DNA from: Octopus sinensis
Lineage: Eukaryota
Assembly (NCBI RefSeq): GCF_006345805.1
Contig: NC_043013.1
Location: forward strand, 3,720,001 to 3,784,000
Reading direction: 5' to 3'
Length of the DNA stretch: 64,000 bases
Positions 26,121 through 37,420 of the stretch are shown piece by piece. Made by a program: the position numbers and the translations under genes. Numbering within the stretch: the stretch's first letter is position 1; the number at the start of each line of letters is the position of its first letter. The notes below the pieces were generated by a model that saw only the letters and a list, made by a program, of their open reading frames with translations, was not told the origin of the DNA and did not search any database.

Positions 26121-26703
26121 ATTTTGATCGCATATCGGGACTTGGTTTCGCTGTTAATCTCAGTAGGCCGGCCAAAATGAGGCACACCTTGAACTGAAAA
26201 GTTTCCGGATTGATATCTTGAAAACCACTTCTAGCACACATTGCCTTCTTTTTTGTTAAGTAAAAGATACTACTCTGATTTCTAACTGGGGAAATGATTT
26301 GGGCTGCAGGAGTTAGCATAAATGTAAAAGGAATTTTAAACCGTCCTCAACGTCTGTACGGCGTCATGTTGCCTGTCTGTCTGTCTGTCTGTCTGTGTGT
26401 ATGTGTGTGTGTGTGTGTATCTATGTGTGCGCGCGTGTATGTGTGTATCTACAGACATTCATTAATACACACACACATAAACAATGGTACATGAGAATGA
26501 GAATGTATTAGATGTGTACAATCTTTTGGACGTTTTCTGAAAACGTATGGCTCACCTGCATCCACCAAAAACTCTTCAATAAAAAATAAGAAAAAATGAA
26601 TTCATAAGAATTATAAGATATATATATTGGAATGTAAACAAGGGTGAGTGTACAGTAAAATATCACACACACACACACACACACTCACACATATATATAT
26701 ACA

Positions 26704-26912
26704 GTTAATCCAAACATGAAAACACAAAGAGAAAACACAACAACGCTTGGACGTGGAACAAATATAGTATTATTGGACGCTCAGGAAGGAAGGAAAGAAG
26801 GAGGGTTTAACGTTTCAAGCGGAGCTCTTCGTCGGAAACATAGGAGAAGAAAAGATCCCGAGAAGGGAAGACAGAGGAAAAAAAAATCGCCAACGGTACA
26901 CGCGCGGTCACA
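26704..26912 (-). mobile_element. Short Penelope-type terminal element (family A, copy 2)
   Basis: Highly similar to 22424-22621. Follows a (CA)n(TA)n tract. Confidence 0.65.
26805..26839 (-). ncRNA. Minimal hammerhead-like motif (family A, copy 2)
   Basis: Same motif as 22515-22549, with one C>U change in stem II giving a G-U pair. Confidence 0.65.
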
Positions 26913-27004
26913 ATGACTGTAGGACATTATTTTTTCCTTCTTACATGGATTAATATTAATTATACTTTCTTAATCCTGCTTCTTTTTTGTTTTTAAAATA
27001 GACT

Positions 27005-28230
27005 TCAATGATGCAGCTGTTCGAATTTTTAAGCGTGTATGATGTGTAGAAGTTTGGGATGATTCATATCGATAAACCGTCCTCTCTGAAAAACTTGTTA
27101 TGTTTTGATGCACAAAGGAACCAGAAATTCTTATGAACTATTGTATGTAACTATATAAAAAGGAAACAAATAGTAAACAATACATAAGAACTAACATTTC
27201 TGATATCTCTCTTGTTAATATCTAGGCAGATACCACACACACACATTGGTTTGGTCGTAGTTTAAAAGCAAGTACAACTCCAAGCTTTGATAGAGACCAG
27301 GGCGCCCAGAAGGCGAAGTAATTAATTTGATACGCAACCATCCTACTTCTGTTTCGCTCTTCTCGAGTTTACCATGGTTAATATGAATTGCTTGAAAGGT
27401 TTCGTCATATGTAGACGTATTGCGGTGAATGGGAAGAAGTGGAGATATAGATGGTAAGGGTATTGTACGTGTGGTTTTGGGATGTGATCGGTTAAAGAAA
27501 CAAGATCTTCTATTGGTTGTTTGGTTCTAGGTGGCGGTTATTTAACTTATTTCTAGTATGAAAGTTATGTTTGCTTTGCGGTATCCATTATTAAAAAAGC
27601 AACAAAAAAAAAAACCCAAAACATTTCTATACAACAACTCAAACATCAATCCATAACGGACCATGGAAAATAGAAAAAAGTTTGCTATAATTTTTGTTAT
27701 AATTTTGGAGTTCAAAAGGTCAGAATGTAGCATACTATGTTTCTGCTTTTATTTTCTCTGAATTTCTATGTTCGATTTCAGTTTTAAACTTTAGTTTCAA
27801 ACAGTTCTTGTTTATTTTAGTATATTTCTAGTTTTGTCTTAATTTTAATACATTTTGTTACCAAGATGAAGTTTTCCGTTCTTTATATTTATTTATCAAT
27901 TTTTAATTTCAATCTTTTGTTGATTTTGCAGGATATGTTGCTAAGAGAATATTTTGTTGAAAGAATGCTTTGTTAAAAATATCAAACGAAAATTTTAAAC
28001 AAGAAATGTTTAAAAAAATTTCTTCGGAAGATATTACTGATGTTAGCTTTCATGCATTGTTTATTGCTTGCTTATTTTTTCTATAATTATATACAATAAT
28101 TCATAAGAATTTCTGATTCCTTTGTGCATCAAAACATAGCTTTTCTGAGGGAACGGTTTATCGGTATGATTCATCTCAAACTTCAACATGTCATACACGC
28201 CTAGAAATTGGAATAGCTGTGTAGCTGAAT

Positions 28231-28232
<2 letters not shown>
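27005..28232. mobile_element. Non-autonomous DNA element with ~160-bp imperfect TIRs
   Basis: 27005-27170 is the reverse complement of ~28075-28232 (e.g. atcgataaaccgt..tgttttgatgcacaaaggaa.cagaaattcttatgaa). Confidence 0.65.
27290..27560 (-). mobile_element. Possible Penelope-like RT remnant
   Basis: Frameshifted YLHF-SHSPQYV resembles the YLHxxSxHP motif. Another weak RT-like piece (SYLDIDIYK) is at ~35440-35500 (-). Confidence 0.3.
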
Positions 28233-28262
<30 letters not shown>

Positions 28263-28269
28263 ATATATA

Positions 28270-28371
28270 TTTACTTCGGCAATACATATACTAAAATTGA
28301 AACGATACAGAGAAGATTAGCATGGCCCTGCGCAAGGATGACACACAAATTTGTGAAGCGTTTCATATTTT
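28270..28371 (+). pseudogene. RNU6: U6 snRNA retrocopy
   Basis: ttacttcggcaatacatatactaaaattgaaacgatacagagaagattagcatggccctgcgcaaggatgacacacaaatttgtgaagcgtttcatatttt aligns along nearly all of U6 with the ACAGAGA box intact. It has several transitions and a 1-nt deletion, is preceded by (TA)n rather than a recognisable promoter, and is followed by a retroposon tail. Confidence 0.93.
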
Positions 28372-28434
28372 AAAATGGCTGTGCCCCAGCATGGCCACAG
28401 CTCGTGAACTGAAACTAGATATAAAAAAATAAAA

Positions 28435-28484
<50 letters not shown>

Positions 28485-28494
28485 TATATATATA

Positions 28495-29487
28495 ATACAA
28501 AATGGGACAAGAACGCAAATATCCGGACAGCTAGGTGATACAAAAAGGGACAACAACACATCCAGATAAACAATACAAAGAAAACAAGGACGGGTCATTC
28601 GAAGTTTTTTCCTCAGTCAAGCACCAGATTTCGGCTGATTATTCTTGAGATTGCTCCAATCAGGCCAGCACCAAGGCAAAAACTAAGCTAAGAGCATTAG
28701 ATTACTTGGAAGAAAGCAGCGAATATGTACAGAAACAAGGACGGAAAAAACGGACAATGTTACATAAATATAAATACAATAAAAATAATAACAGGACATA
28801 ACAACAGGTGTCTTTCGACAAAGGACGAATTGAATTAAGCTGGCGCGTGTGGAAATGAAGCCTTACAGCAGAGATACAGAACTTTCACAAACACAGGGAA
28901 GAATATCGATGTTGCACGGACAACGGTCAAACCAAGAAAGAAAGAACAGGCTTGGCCGAATGGCGGTCACGTGGGAAGAGAAAAGAGAGAAGTAGAAGCA
29001 GAGGGACAGAAGAATTAAGGAGGAGTGAGAAAAATGACAGGGACACAGTGAAGTGAAAAGGGAAGGGAAAGTAAGTAATAAGAGAAGGCAAAGAAATGTG
29101 AGAGAGGGGGAACGAAAGAACGAAGAGTGGAATGAACGAATAAGCGTGAAAGGGCTGATAGAGCCGTACAAGATTTAGAAAAATGTGTACCTACATATAA
29201 GAGACCAATGTGTACGTACGTCATAAATACAAAATGGGACAAGAACGCAAAACATCCGGACAGCTGGGTGATACAAAAAGGGACAAAACATCCAGATAGA
29301 CGATACAAAGAAAACAAGGACGGGTCATTCGAAGTTTTCTTTCATGTCAAGCACCGGGTTATCCTCGCAATTTCGGTTGATTATTCTTGAGATTAAGAAT
29401 AATCAATATTAGCAATTGGGAAGCAGTTGCCAGCAACCGTGGAGATTGGCGACGTACCGTAAAGGAGGGAATACAAAGGAGTGGCAG

Positions 29488-29518
<31 letters not shown>

Positions 29519-29875
29519 GAGAGAGAGAGAGAGAGAGAGAGAGAGGGGGAGAGAGAGAGGGGGGAGAGAGAGAGGGGGGAGAGAGAGAGAGAAGAAATGG
29601 AAAGACAAGAAAAGACGTCAACAAGAAACTATGACATTATAACCAACCAGGAACTGTCTTCGCTACATTTGCGGCACCTGCCAGAGGGAGTGTTTGTCCA
29701 GGATAGGATTACACAGCCACAGCAGGAAATGTATCAGGACATGAAATGTAAAAGCCAGACTAGACTATTTTATGCGCAACTCCATTGTCTCCCGAGACAA
29801 AAAGGATGCCAACCAATTCTTGAGATTGCTCCAATCTGGCCAGCCCCAAGGAAAAACTATATACAAACATGACTA
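28495..29875 (+). mobile_element. (TA)n-embedded repeat family D, two direct copies in tandem
   Basis: atacaaaatgggacaagaacgcaaa... occurs at ~28495 and ~29227, and the second copy is split by an RTE insertion. A third, inverted copy at ~52185-52412 also abuts (TA)n. Confidence 0.6.
29395..29815 (+). mobile_element. 5'-truncated RTE-clade LINE 3' end with 12-bp TSD
   Basis: Encodes INISNWEAVASNRGDWRRTVKEG and YICGTCQRECLSRIGLHSHSRKC, a typical RTE C-terminus. attcttgagatt is duplicated at 29383-29394 and 29816-29827. Contains a (GA)n expansion. Confidence 0.85.
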
Positions 29876-30432
29876 AGAAGATATAATTAATGTTAATCCT
29901 TGCGGGAAGGAAAAATTATGTCATACATTCATACGGCTAAATTTTACAGTTACTCTCCCATTTATACATTCCAATATATATTTATTAGTTCTTATGAATT
30001 CGCCTTCTCTTATCTTTCTTTTTTGTTCGGAAACTGAACAATTTTTGCTGAGTACAGGTAAGCTACTCGTTCACAAGATTATGCACATTTTACAGATTGT
30101 CATCTTTATTTTATATTGATATGGAGATGTGAAGAACATATTTTAAGAAGAAACGTATCACAGACACAGACAGACAGACAGATAGACAAACACACACACA
30201 CACACACGCACACATTGTGTTTGGGGAGAGGCATTCTCTTTTAGTGCCTTATTTAACACACTCACCGGTAAAGTTTCCACTCATTTACTTATTTATTTTT
30301 TCCTAAAATTTTCGTTGCGTCTTGCAATAAGTTATTGACTCTGTTATCCAAGCTTACGTTCTTTATGTTTGTGCGCATGTGTGTGGGTCAGTGTGTGTGC
30401 ACATACACATGTATGTATGTATGTATGTATGT

Positions 30433-33082
30433 CATTATTCAGTTTATTTCAAAATTTCTTGCCAATAGAGAAAGAATCGGTTTCTAACCTAGATCCAAGT
30501 TCCTTCAATTGAATTTCAACATCAAGAACAGGGTAATTTTGTTTGTATGTATGTATGCATGTATGTATATATGTATGTGTGTACAGGTGAAGATTTATAT
30601 GTTTTATGTATGTATTCTCATGCATATAGTTGCATATCTAGACATGCTCATATATGTTTAAATGATAAACTTCTGGAAAGTTTTACAGATTTTTACAGTT
30701 CCAGTGATGGATTGGATCTGTAGTCTTCGAATTAGCTTTCTTCTTTCTGGTTTTGAGAAGCTTAATTTCTCAGAAAGATATTTAGAGAGGTTGTTACATA
30801 TCCCAGGGCTCCAATAATTACAAGTATAAACCTGAACTTGTAATCTGGATAGAGTAACTGCAGATTTGTCAATAGTTCAGCATAGGTGTTCTCTTTTCAC
30901 TGATCTTCAGCTTTATGTTAACATCCGCTGGGAAGCTAATTTCCACAACAGTGCACAGTTTCTCTATCCCAAATCATTATGTCAGCTCTATTGTTTTTTT
31001 ACATTTTATTGAGGTCTTCACTGGTATATTCCACCAGTATTCCTTTTTATTATGAGTGGCTATGGTTTCTATCATATTGTGGATTCTTATTTCTTTGTTC
31101 TCAGAATTATCCTTCCGACGGATTTCATTATAGAGTGTCCTAGCTACAACCTCATGTATCATTGGAGATAATACTGTGATGACATTTTCCGACAACTGCT
31201 TCTGATGTGGGTGATATCTTCAGTGTGAACTCCACAAAATCTGTATCGGTTGTCATACTTTACAGCTTTACCTGCATCTCCATTCCTTTTGTGCATCAAG
31301 TACTTGGTTGATATTTCCTGTTTCTGGATTCCAAACGCATACCCTTGAAAGTGGGAGGTAGTAATCCGGTTATTGGTCCACGATAGTCTGCTTTGATGAT
31401 CGATGTTACTATCATCACGAAGCTTTCTACTAACATATCCACGTATGGTCTTCTTCTCATAGAGGCTCATCCTTTCACCTGATAATACATTGCGGTAGAG
31501 TCGTGCGACTTCTTTGGGCATGTATTCTAGGTTATCAGACAAAGATTGTTTCTGAAAGAACTGCCTTCCAAGTCTTATGATGTTACCATCCTCATGTATG
31601 CAAACGTGGTCAAAGGATGCACTTCGACACTTGGTAGTTAAAAGATGTTGCCAAAGGGATATGATGCAACATTCAAAGGCATTTTGGATCGATGTTAAGC
31701 CTCTTCCGCCTTGTTTTCGGTTTTGGTAGAGGCGGTCTACATCACTGTTTATGTTGAAATTATGCGTGCTTAGTATTTTTCGGGTTTTCACACCAATGGC
31801 TCGGATCTCATCAAGCGTCCAATCAAGCAGTCCAAATGTTGGTATGACTACTGGCACTACAAACACATTGTGAGCTAGTGTTTTATTGACTGCAGAAAGT
31901 TCTGAGGTCCAAATTTTCTTTATTCGGCTGTAATATTCTTTAGAGACACGTATTTTGTTACAGGTGCCACTGTAAGATATATTTTCATCCACCCCTAGAT
32001 ACCTGTAACATTCCTCGTTAGATACAGGGGAAGCAATCAAATTATTAATAGAGATGTTATTAGTCTGGTTTATAGTTTTCCCCCTTTTCACAACCAAATA
32101 ACAACATTTATCCTGACCAAACTCCAACCCTACATCCTTTGAGAATGTTGTAACCAGGTCAAGGCTGTTTTTCATCTCATGCATATTCTTTGCATAAAGT
32201 TTCAAGCCATCCACAAGGAAACGGTATGTAATTTTGGTATTTCTGTTTCCTTGAGAACCAATGAGATATCCTTAACATGAATGACAAGGGGTTTACAGAA
32301 AATATAAAAATCATCACAGAGAGGCTGTCCCCTTGGAATATGCCTTTGCGATACTGTATTCTATCGATGATAGTACAGTCACTCTTTGTGTTTAATTTCA
32401 AGATAGTGGCCCACGATGAAGTCAGGTCAGCTATGACTTTGACTATTCTCACTGGAACTTTAGCAAGTTGAAGGGCTTCTAGCATCCATGAGTCAAAGGA
32501 TTTCTTAAAACTAGGTTCCTCCTATGCTCTCACACCTTTTCTTGATTACAGTTTTCTTGATTAACAATTGCTCGGCACATCCCCAGACTCCCTTCTTCCC
32601 AGCTGCTTGTTCTGTTGGGATAATGTTATTGGTTTCACAATGGTCTTGGAGGAAGAGGTTTAAACATGCTGTATATATTTTATACATTAAGTTCTGGCAT
32701 GCAATTGGCCTGTAGTTTTTTGCTATGTGGGTGGTTCTGCATTTGGGGATCAATTTTGTCTCTGCCAAAGCTAACCAGTGTGGTATACTACTGTTCCCAA
32801 TGAAAGCTTGCTGGTACAGATTGATAAGATATGGTTGGTAGAATGTTACCTTCTTGTACCAATATCCAACAATCAAGTCTCATCTAGGTGCTTTTCTTTT
32901 CTGGAGTTTCTGGATCACAGTTGCAAGAGTTTCACCATCAATGTTGTATGTCTCGGATGTAAAGCAGGAGCAATAACTTTCTCGGATTTCTTCCAGCCAA
33001 AGAGCCCCTTGGTTAAATTCCTTCTTTTCACTCCAGATTTTCTTCCAGAAGGAGTCTGTCTTCTCGTGAAAGAGTTTCTGTG
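30433..33082 (-). mobile_element. 5'-truncated R4/Dong-type LINE (RT + RLE), decayed
   Basis: YRPIACQNLMYKIYT, EQAAGKKGVWGCAEQLLI, GIFQGDSLS, YRYLGVDE, DRLYQNRKQGGRGL, VIIGALG. Both ends abut (ATGT)n. Confidence 0.9.
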
Positions 33083-33780
33083 ATGTATGTATGTATGTAT
33101 GTATGCATGTAAGTGTGCTTATGCGTATATGTGTGTGTGCATGCATATATGTATGTATGTGTGTACATTTGTATGTATGTATTCTGCATATTCATGTGTT
33201 TGTGCTTGTGTGTTCGTGTGTTTTATGTGTGTGTGTGTGTATTTCCATTGTGTGTGTGTGTGTGTGTGTACCTCTGTCTTCTTGTGCGTGCATGTTTAAA
33301 TGTGTCTGGTCTGTCTCCTTGTGCGTGTATGGGTTTTTGTGACTATGTACTGTGTCTGTATGTTTCACATACAGACACAGTACATATGTGTGCATGTGAA
33401 ACACATGGCCATACACACACATACTTCACTTCACACAAGGACACATATGGAGACACACATCCACACATATGGACATACACATCCATACATACACACACTC
33501 AGACATGCAGACACGAGACAGAGGTACACACAAACACAGGCAAACACACACACACACGAACACGAACACACACACACACACACACACGCACACACAAACA
33601 CAAACATGAATATACAAAATATATATATACAAACGTACACACATACATACATATATGCATGCGCGCGCACACACAAATAGATACATGCATACACACACTG
33701 ATATGCATACATAGATGCATATATACATACAAGCATACATGCATGTGCATGCGCACACACACTGTCACACACACATGCGC
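33083..33780. repeat. Foldback of degenerate TG/CA microsatellite
   Basis: Non-simple matching words on both arms (gtacctctgtct/agacagaggtac), and a perfect 20-bp stem tatgtactgtgtctgtatgt-ttc-acatacagacacagtacata at ~33344-33386. Confidence 0.75.
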
Positions 33781-33982
33781 ACAAACAAACAAAAATAACG
33801 CAGCTCGAATAACGGACAGAGTCAACGACTATTGAAAGGTTGCAGGACGCAACGAAAATTTTGGGGAAAAAATAAATAAGTAAATGAGTGGAAACTTTAC
33901 CGGTGAGTGTGTGAAATAATAAGTCACTAAAATTGAACGACACCTCACCAGACATAACCAAATATGCTTCCACACATGGACT

Positions 33983-34422
33983 GGATCTTTTCGGTTTGAA
34001 CGGCAGTTTTTAACATAATTTCTAGGTAACTAAAAAATGTTAAACTTCGTATACTGGTAGAATGTGTTTATAAAACATCTTTTTCTCTTGGCTTTATTGA
34101 GAAAATTCTATAGTTTGTAAGATATTTGTTGTTTTTTTCTTCTTCAATTTCTGCAATTTCAACCAATCAATAACGTCTATTGAGGTGAAAACATTCTGTG
34201 CCGTATGAATATGTCCCTCGTTTAAGAAAGAGATTGGGTCTATTTACATTTGTGAAGAAAAAAAGATACCCTTCCTCTCACCCCACCCCTAACCCTAACC
34301 CTAACTAACCCTAACCCTAAATCAGATTGAAATGCAATAGATCGATACTAGAGTCATAATTATGGGTGACAATTTCATATGACACCGCTAGAAAAAACTG
34401 CCGTTCAAACCGAAAAAGATCC
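33983..34422 (+). mobile_element. Telomeric-repeat MITE copy 3
   Basis: Same TIRs. TSD catggact/catgaact (7/8). Confidence 0.9.
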
Positions 34423-34829
34423 CATGAACTTACATAAAGAATCTTGCGAACCAAATCCCAAAACGAAATTAGCTTCGCCGCTAATTTACAAGATATATAG
34501 ATACAGATGAGAAGTGCTTCAAATATATATGTATGTATGTATGTGTGTATGTATGTATGTATGTATGCATGTATGTATGTGTGTATGTTTGTGTTTGTGT
34601 GTCTGTGTTCGTCCCCCCAACATTGCTTGACAACCGATGCTGGTGTGTTTACGTCCCCGTAACTTAGCGTTATATATTCCTTGGTCCGTTTGTAGTTTCT
34701 TGTTTGTGTCCGTTCATTGGTTCGCCTTTTCTCTTTGCTGATTGGCTCTTATTTATGCAGCGCCCCACTCTTATTTTTGTTGCATTTATTTCCCTGTATT
34801 TGTTGTCGGGGACTGTTTTAATTTGTTTT

Positions 34830-35060
34830 ACTCTTTACTCTTTTACTCTTTTATTTGTTTCAGTCATTTGACTGCGGCCATGCTGGAACACCGCCTTTAA
34901 TCGAGCAAATAAACCCCAGGACTCATTCTTTGTAAGCCTAGTACTTATTCTATCGGTGCTTTTGCCAAACCGCTAAGTTACGGGGACGTAAACACACCAG
35001 CATCGGTTGTGAAGCGATGTTGGGGGACGAACACAGACACACAAACACAAACATACACAT

Positions 35061-35139
<79 letters not shown>

Positions 35140-35357
35140 TATATATATATTATATATATATATATATATAATATATATATATATATACATATATACGACG
35201 GGCTTCTTTCAGTTTCCGTCTACCAAATCCACTCACAAGGCTTTGGTCGACCCGAGGCTATAGTAGAAGACACTTGCCCAAGGTGCCATGTAGTGGGACT
35301 AAACCCGGAACCATGTGGTTCGTAAGCAAGCTACTTACCACACAGCCACTCCTACGC
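34830..35357 (-). mobile_element. SINE family 1
   Basis: Full length, internal (TA)n/(CATA)n. An extra fragment is at ~34590-34670. Confidence 0.92.
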
Positions 35358-35589
35358 CTTGTTGATTTTGTTTTAGTGTTTCATTATCTGTTAATCTAAT
35401 TAGGGCTGCTTGTATACCTTTTGATCCAGTTTGTTTTGATACGTACTTGTAAATATCGATGTCAAGGTAGGATGTTTTGGGGGAGAATTTTGCTTTGGGA
35501 GTTTTAGTCAATTGCTCCTATAAGAATGCCCTGTCAATTTAACTTCAAAATAAGGCATATTTAGCGACGTGCAACCAAAAAAGTACCCT

Positions 35590-36070
35590 CCATCAGGCAT
35601 TTGCCATATTCTGAACGCCTTACTTCCCTGGGCATGGACACATTGAAACTCCGACGTCTGGCAGCTGACTTGGCTGACACCCATAAAATTATCAACCATC
35701 TTACAAACAATAACTCTGAGCACCTTTTCGCACTCCACCCGTCTAACACCCGTGGACGTGTTTACAAAGTCAGGAAACAGCACAGCTCCCATGACTTCAG
35801 GAAACATTTTTTCACGCTGAGAGTTGCTGAAGCATGGAACAAACTGCCGGCATCAGTTGTTAGTTGTCGGAGCACTGCATCCTTCAAAACTTCCATGCTT
35901 TCTGAGATTCGCCAACACTACACCTGATTTTCTCCCCTCCATACACACACAAGCATGTATTTGACTCATACACTGTTCGCTTTCCAGACATTTCTACATT
36001 ACTGCATATACTTTATACGCACTTTCTGACAAGTTGTGGTGCACCTGAGCACTGTATACAATAATTTCAT
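35590..36070 (+). mobile_element. CR1 LINE 3' end
   Basis: PYSERLTSLGMDTLKLRRLAADL...TRG...KHFFTLRVAEAWNKLP...FK, then a short 3' UTR. Confidence 0.9.
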
Positions 36071-36915
36071 TATATTATATTATATATATTGTAACTGGTG
36101 TCTCTTGGTTGAGTGGGTTTTGCTAATGATTATCTTTTATGAAGTGGGAAGTTAGTTGTGGATTATTAAAATTGGCTTGTTAAGCTAATTAAAGGCTTTT
36201 GTTCATTTCATTGGAAAGTATGTATTTTTTTTAATTATAAATCTTTAGGTTTGCTTGTTTGCGTGTGTGCATGTGTGAGTGTGCGCGTGTTGTGGTCAAG
36301 ACTTGCTTATATCCCGTGAAATAATAGAAATGGTTTAATAATATATTTTACTGCGTGTGTTTTGGCAAGCCTTGCTTTCGCCTGAAGACCGTAGCAGTAA
36401 CGAAACTTCATTTGCGAGAAACATTCAGTTTCAATCGACTTACTATTCATAGATGACAAATACGAAACGCCAGTGTGAGGCAGATACCACTTAATGGACA
36501 CACAGACATATGTGCAAAAAAATGCGGTAGAGTCACTTTTTAATAAATTAGTATTTCCATTTCAAATCCTCGAAAATATTCCAAGTAACGATAAAACAAG
36601 ACGTATTCTAACACCATTAGAAAGCAATGTTTACATTAAGTTGCAGTCTGTTATTGATAAATTGACATAACGACGGCAGTAGTGTTTTTCCAGTGTTTTT
36701 GTTCCATTACAGTACTTCTTGAAAGGACGAAAGTTTATTTTAATGATCTTGGGAATAAATTAACATCTGTTAAGGGTAATATATGGCTGCTAAATAGTCG
36801 AATGCTTTTTACACTCAAGGCTAATCTTGGATGCGTTTGGTAAGTTATTGTAACTATCGTCACTGAACTGTTAACGATTTTGAGTAACGCCAGCTTTATT
36901 TATTCTGAAATTTTC

Positions 36916-36974
<59 letters not shown>

Positions 36975-37120
36975 GCGTAGGAGTGGCTGTGTACCAACCA
37001 CATGGTTCCGGGTTCAGTCCCACTGCGTGGCACCTTGGGCAAGTGTCTTCTACTATAGCCTCGGGCCGACCAAAGCCACGTGAGTGGATTTGGTAGACGG
37101 AAACTGAAAGAAGCCTGTCG

Positions 37121-37208
<88 letters not shown>

Positions 37209-37420
37209 TGTGTCTGTGTTTGTCCCCCCAACATCACTTGACAACCGATGCTGGTGTGTTTACGTCACCGTAACTTAGCGGTTCGGCAAAAGAGACCGAT
37301 AGAATAAGTACTAGGCTTCCAAAGAATAAGTCCTGGGGTCGATTTGCTCGACTAAAGGCGGTGCTCCAGCATGGCCGCAGTCAAATGACTGAAACGAGTA
37401 AAAGAGAGTAAAGAGTAAGA
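36975..37420 (+). mobile_element. SINE family 1
   Basis: gcgtaggagtggctgtgt head, B-box ggttcagtccc, internal (TA)n(TG)n, tail ending in aaagagt repeats. Confidence 0.92.

Noticed and set aside
28270-28371. Functional U6 gene
   Set aside because: Several substitutions and a deletion in conserved positions, eroded 5' end, no recognisable upstream PSE, and a retroposon tail downstream.
33113-33835. 240-aa and overlapping ORFs rich in C/V/Y/H/T (also 16130-16537, 18321-18927, 19012-19476, 51389-52052, 54034-54429)
   Set aside because: Translations of (TA)n, (CA)n and (ATGT)n microsatellites, which lack stop codons. No protein signal.
36385-36425. CTGAAGA...GAAAC hammerhead-like string
   Set aside because: Stem II is only 2 bp, stem I is unconvincing, and it is single copy here.
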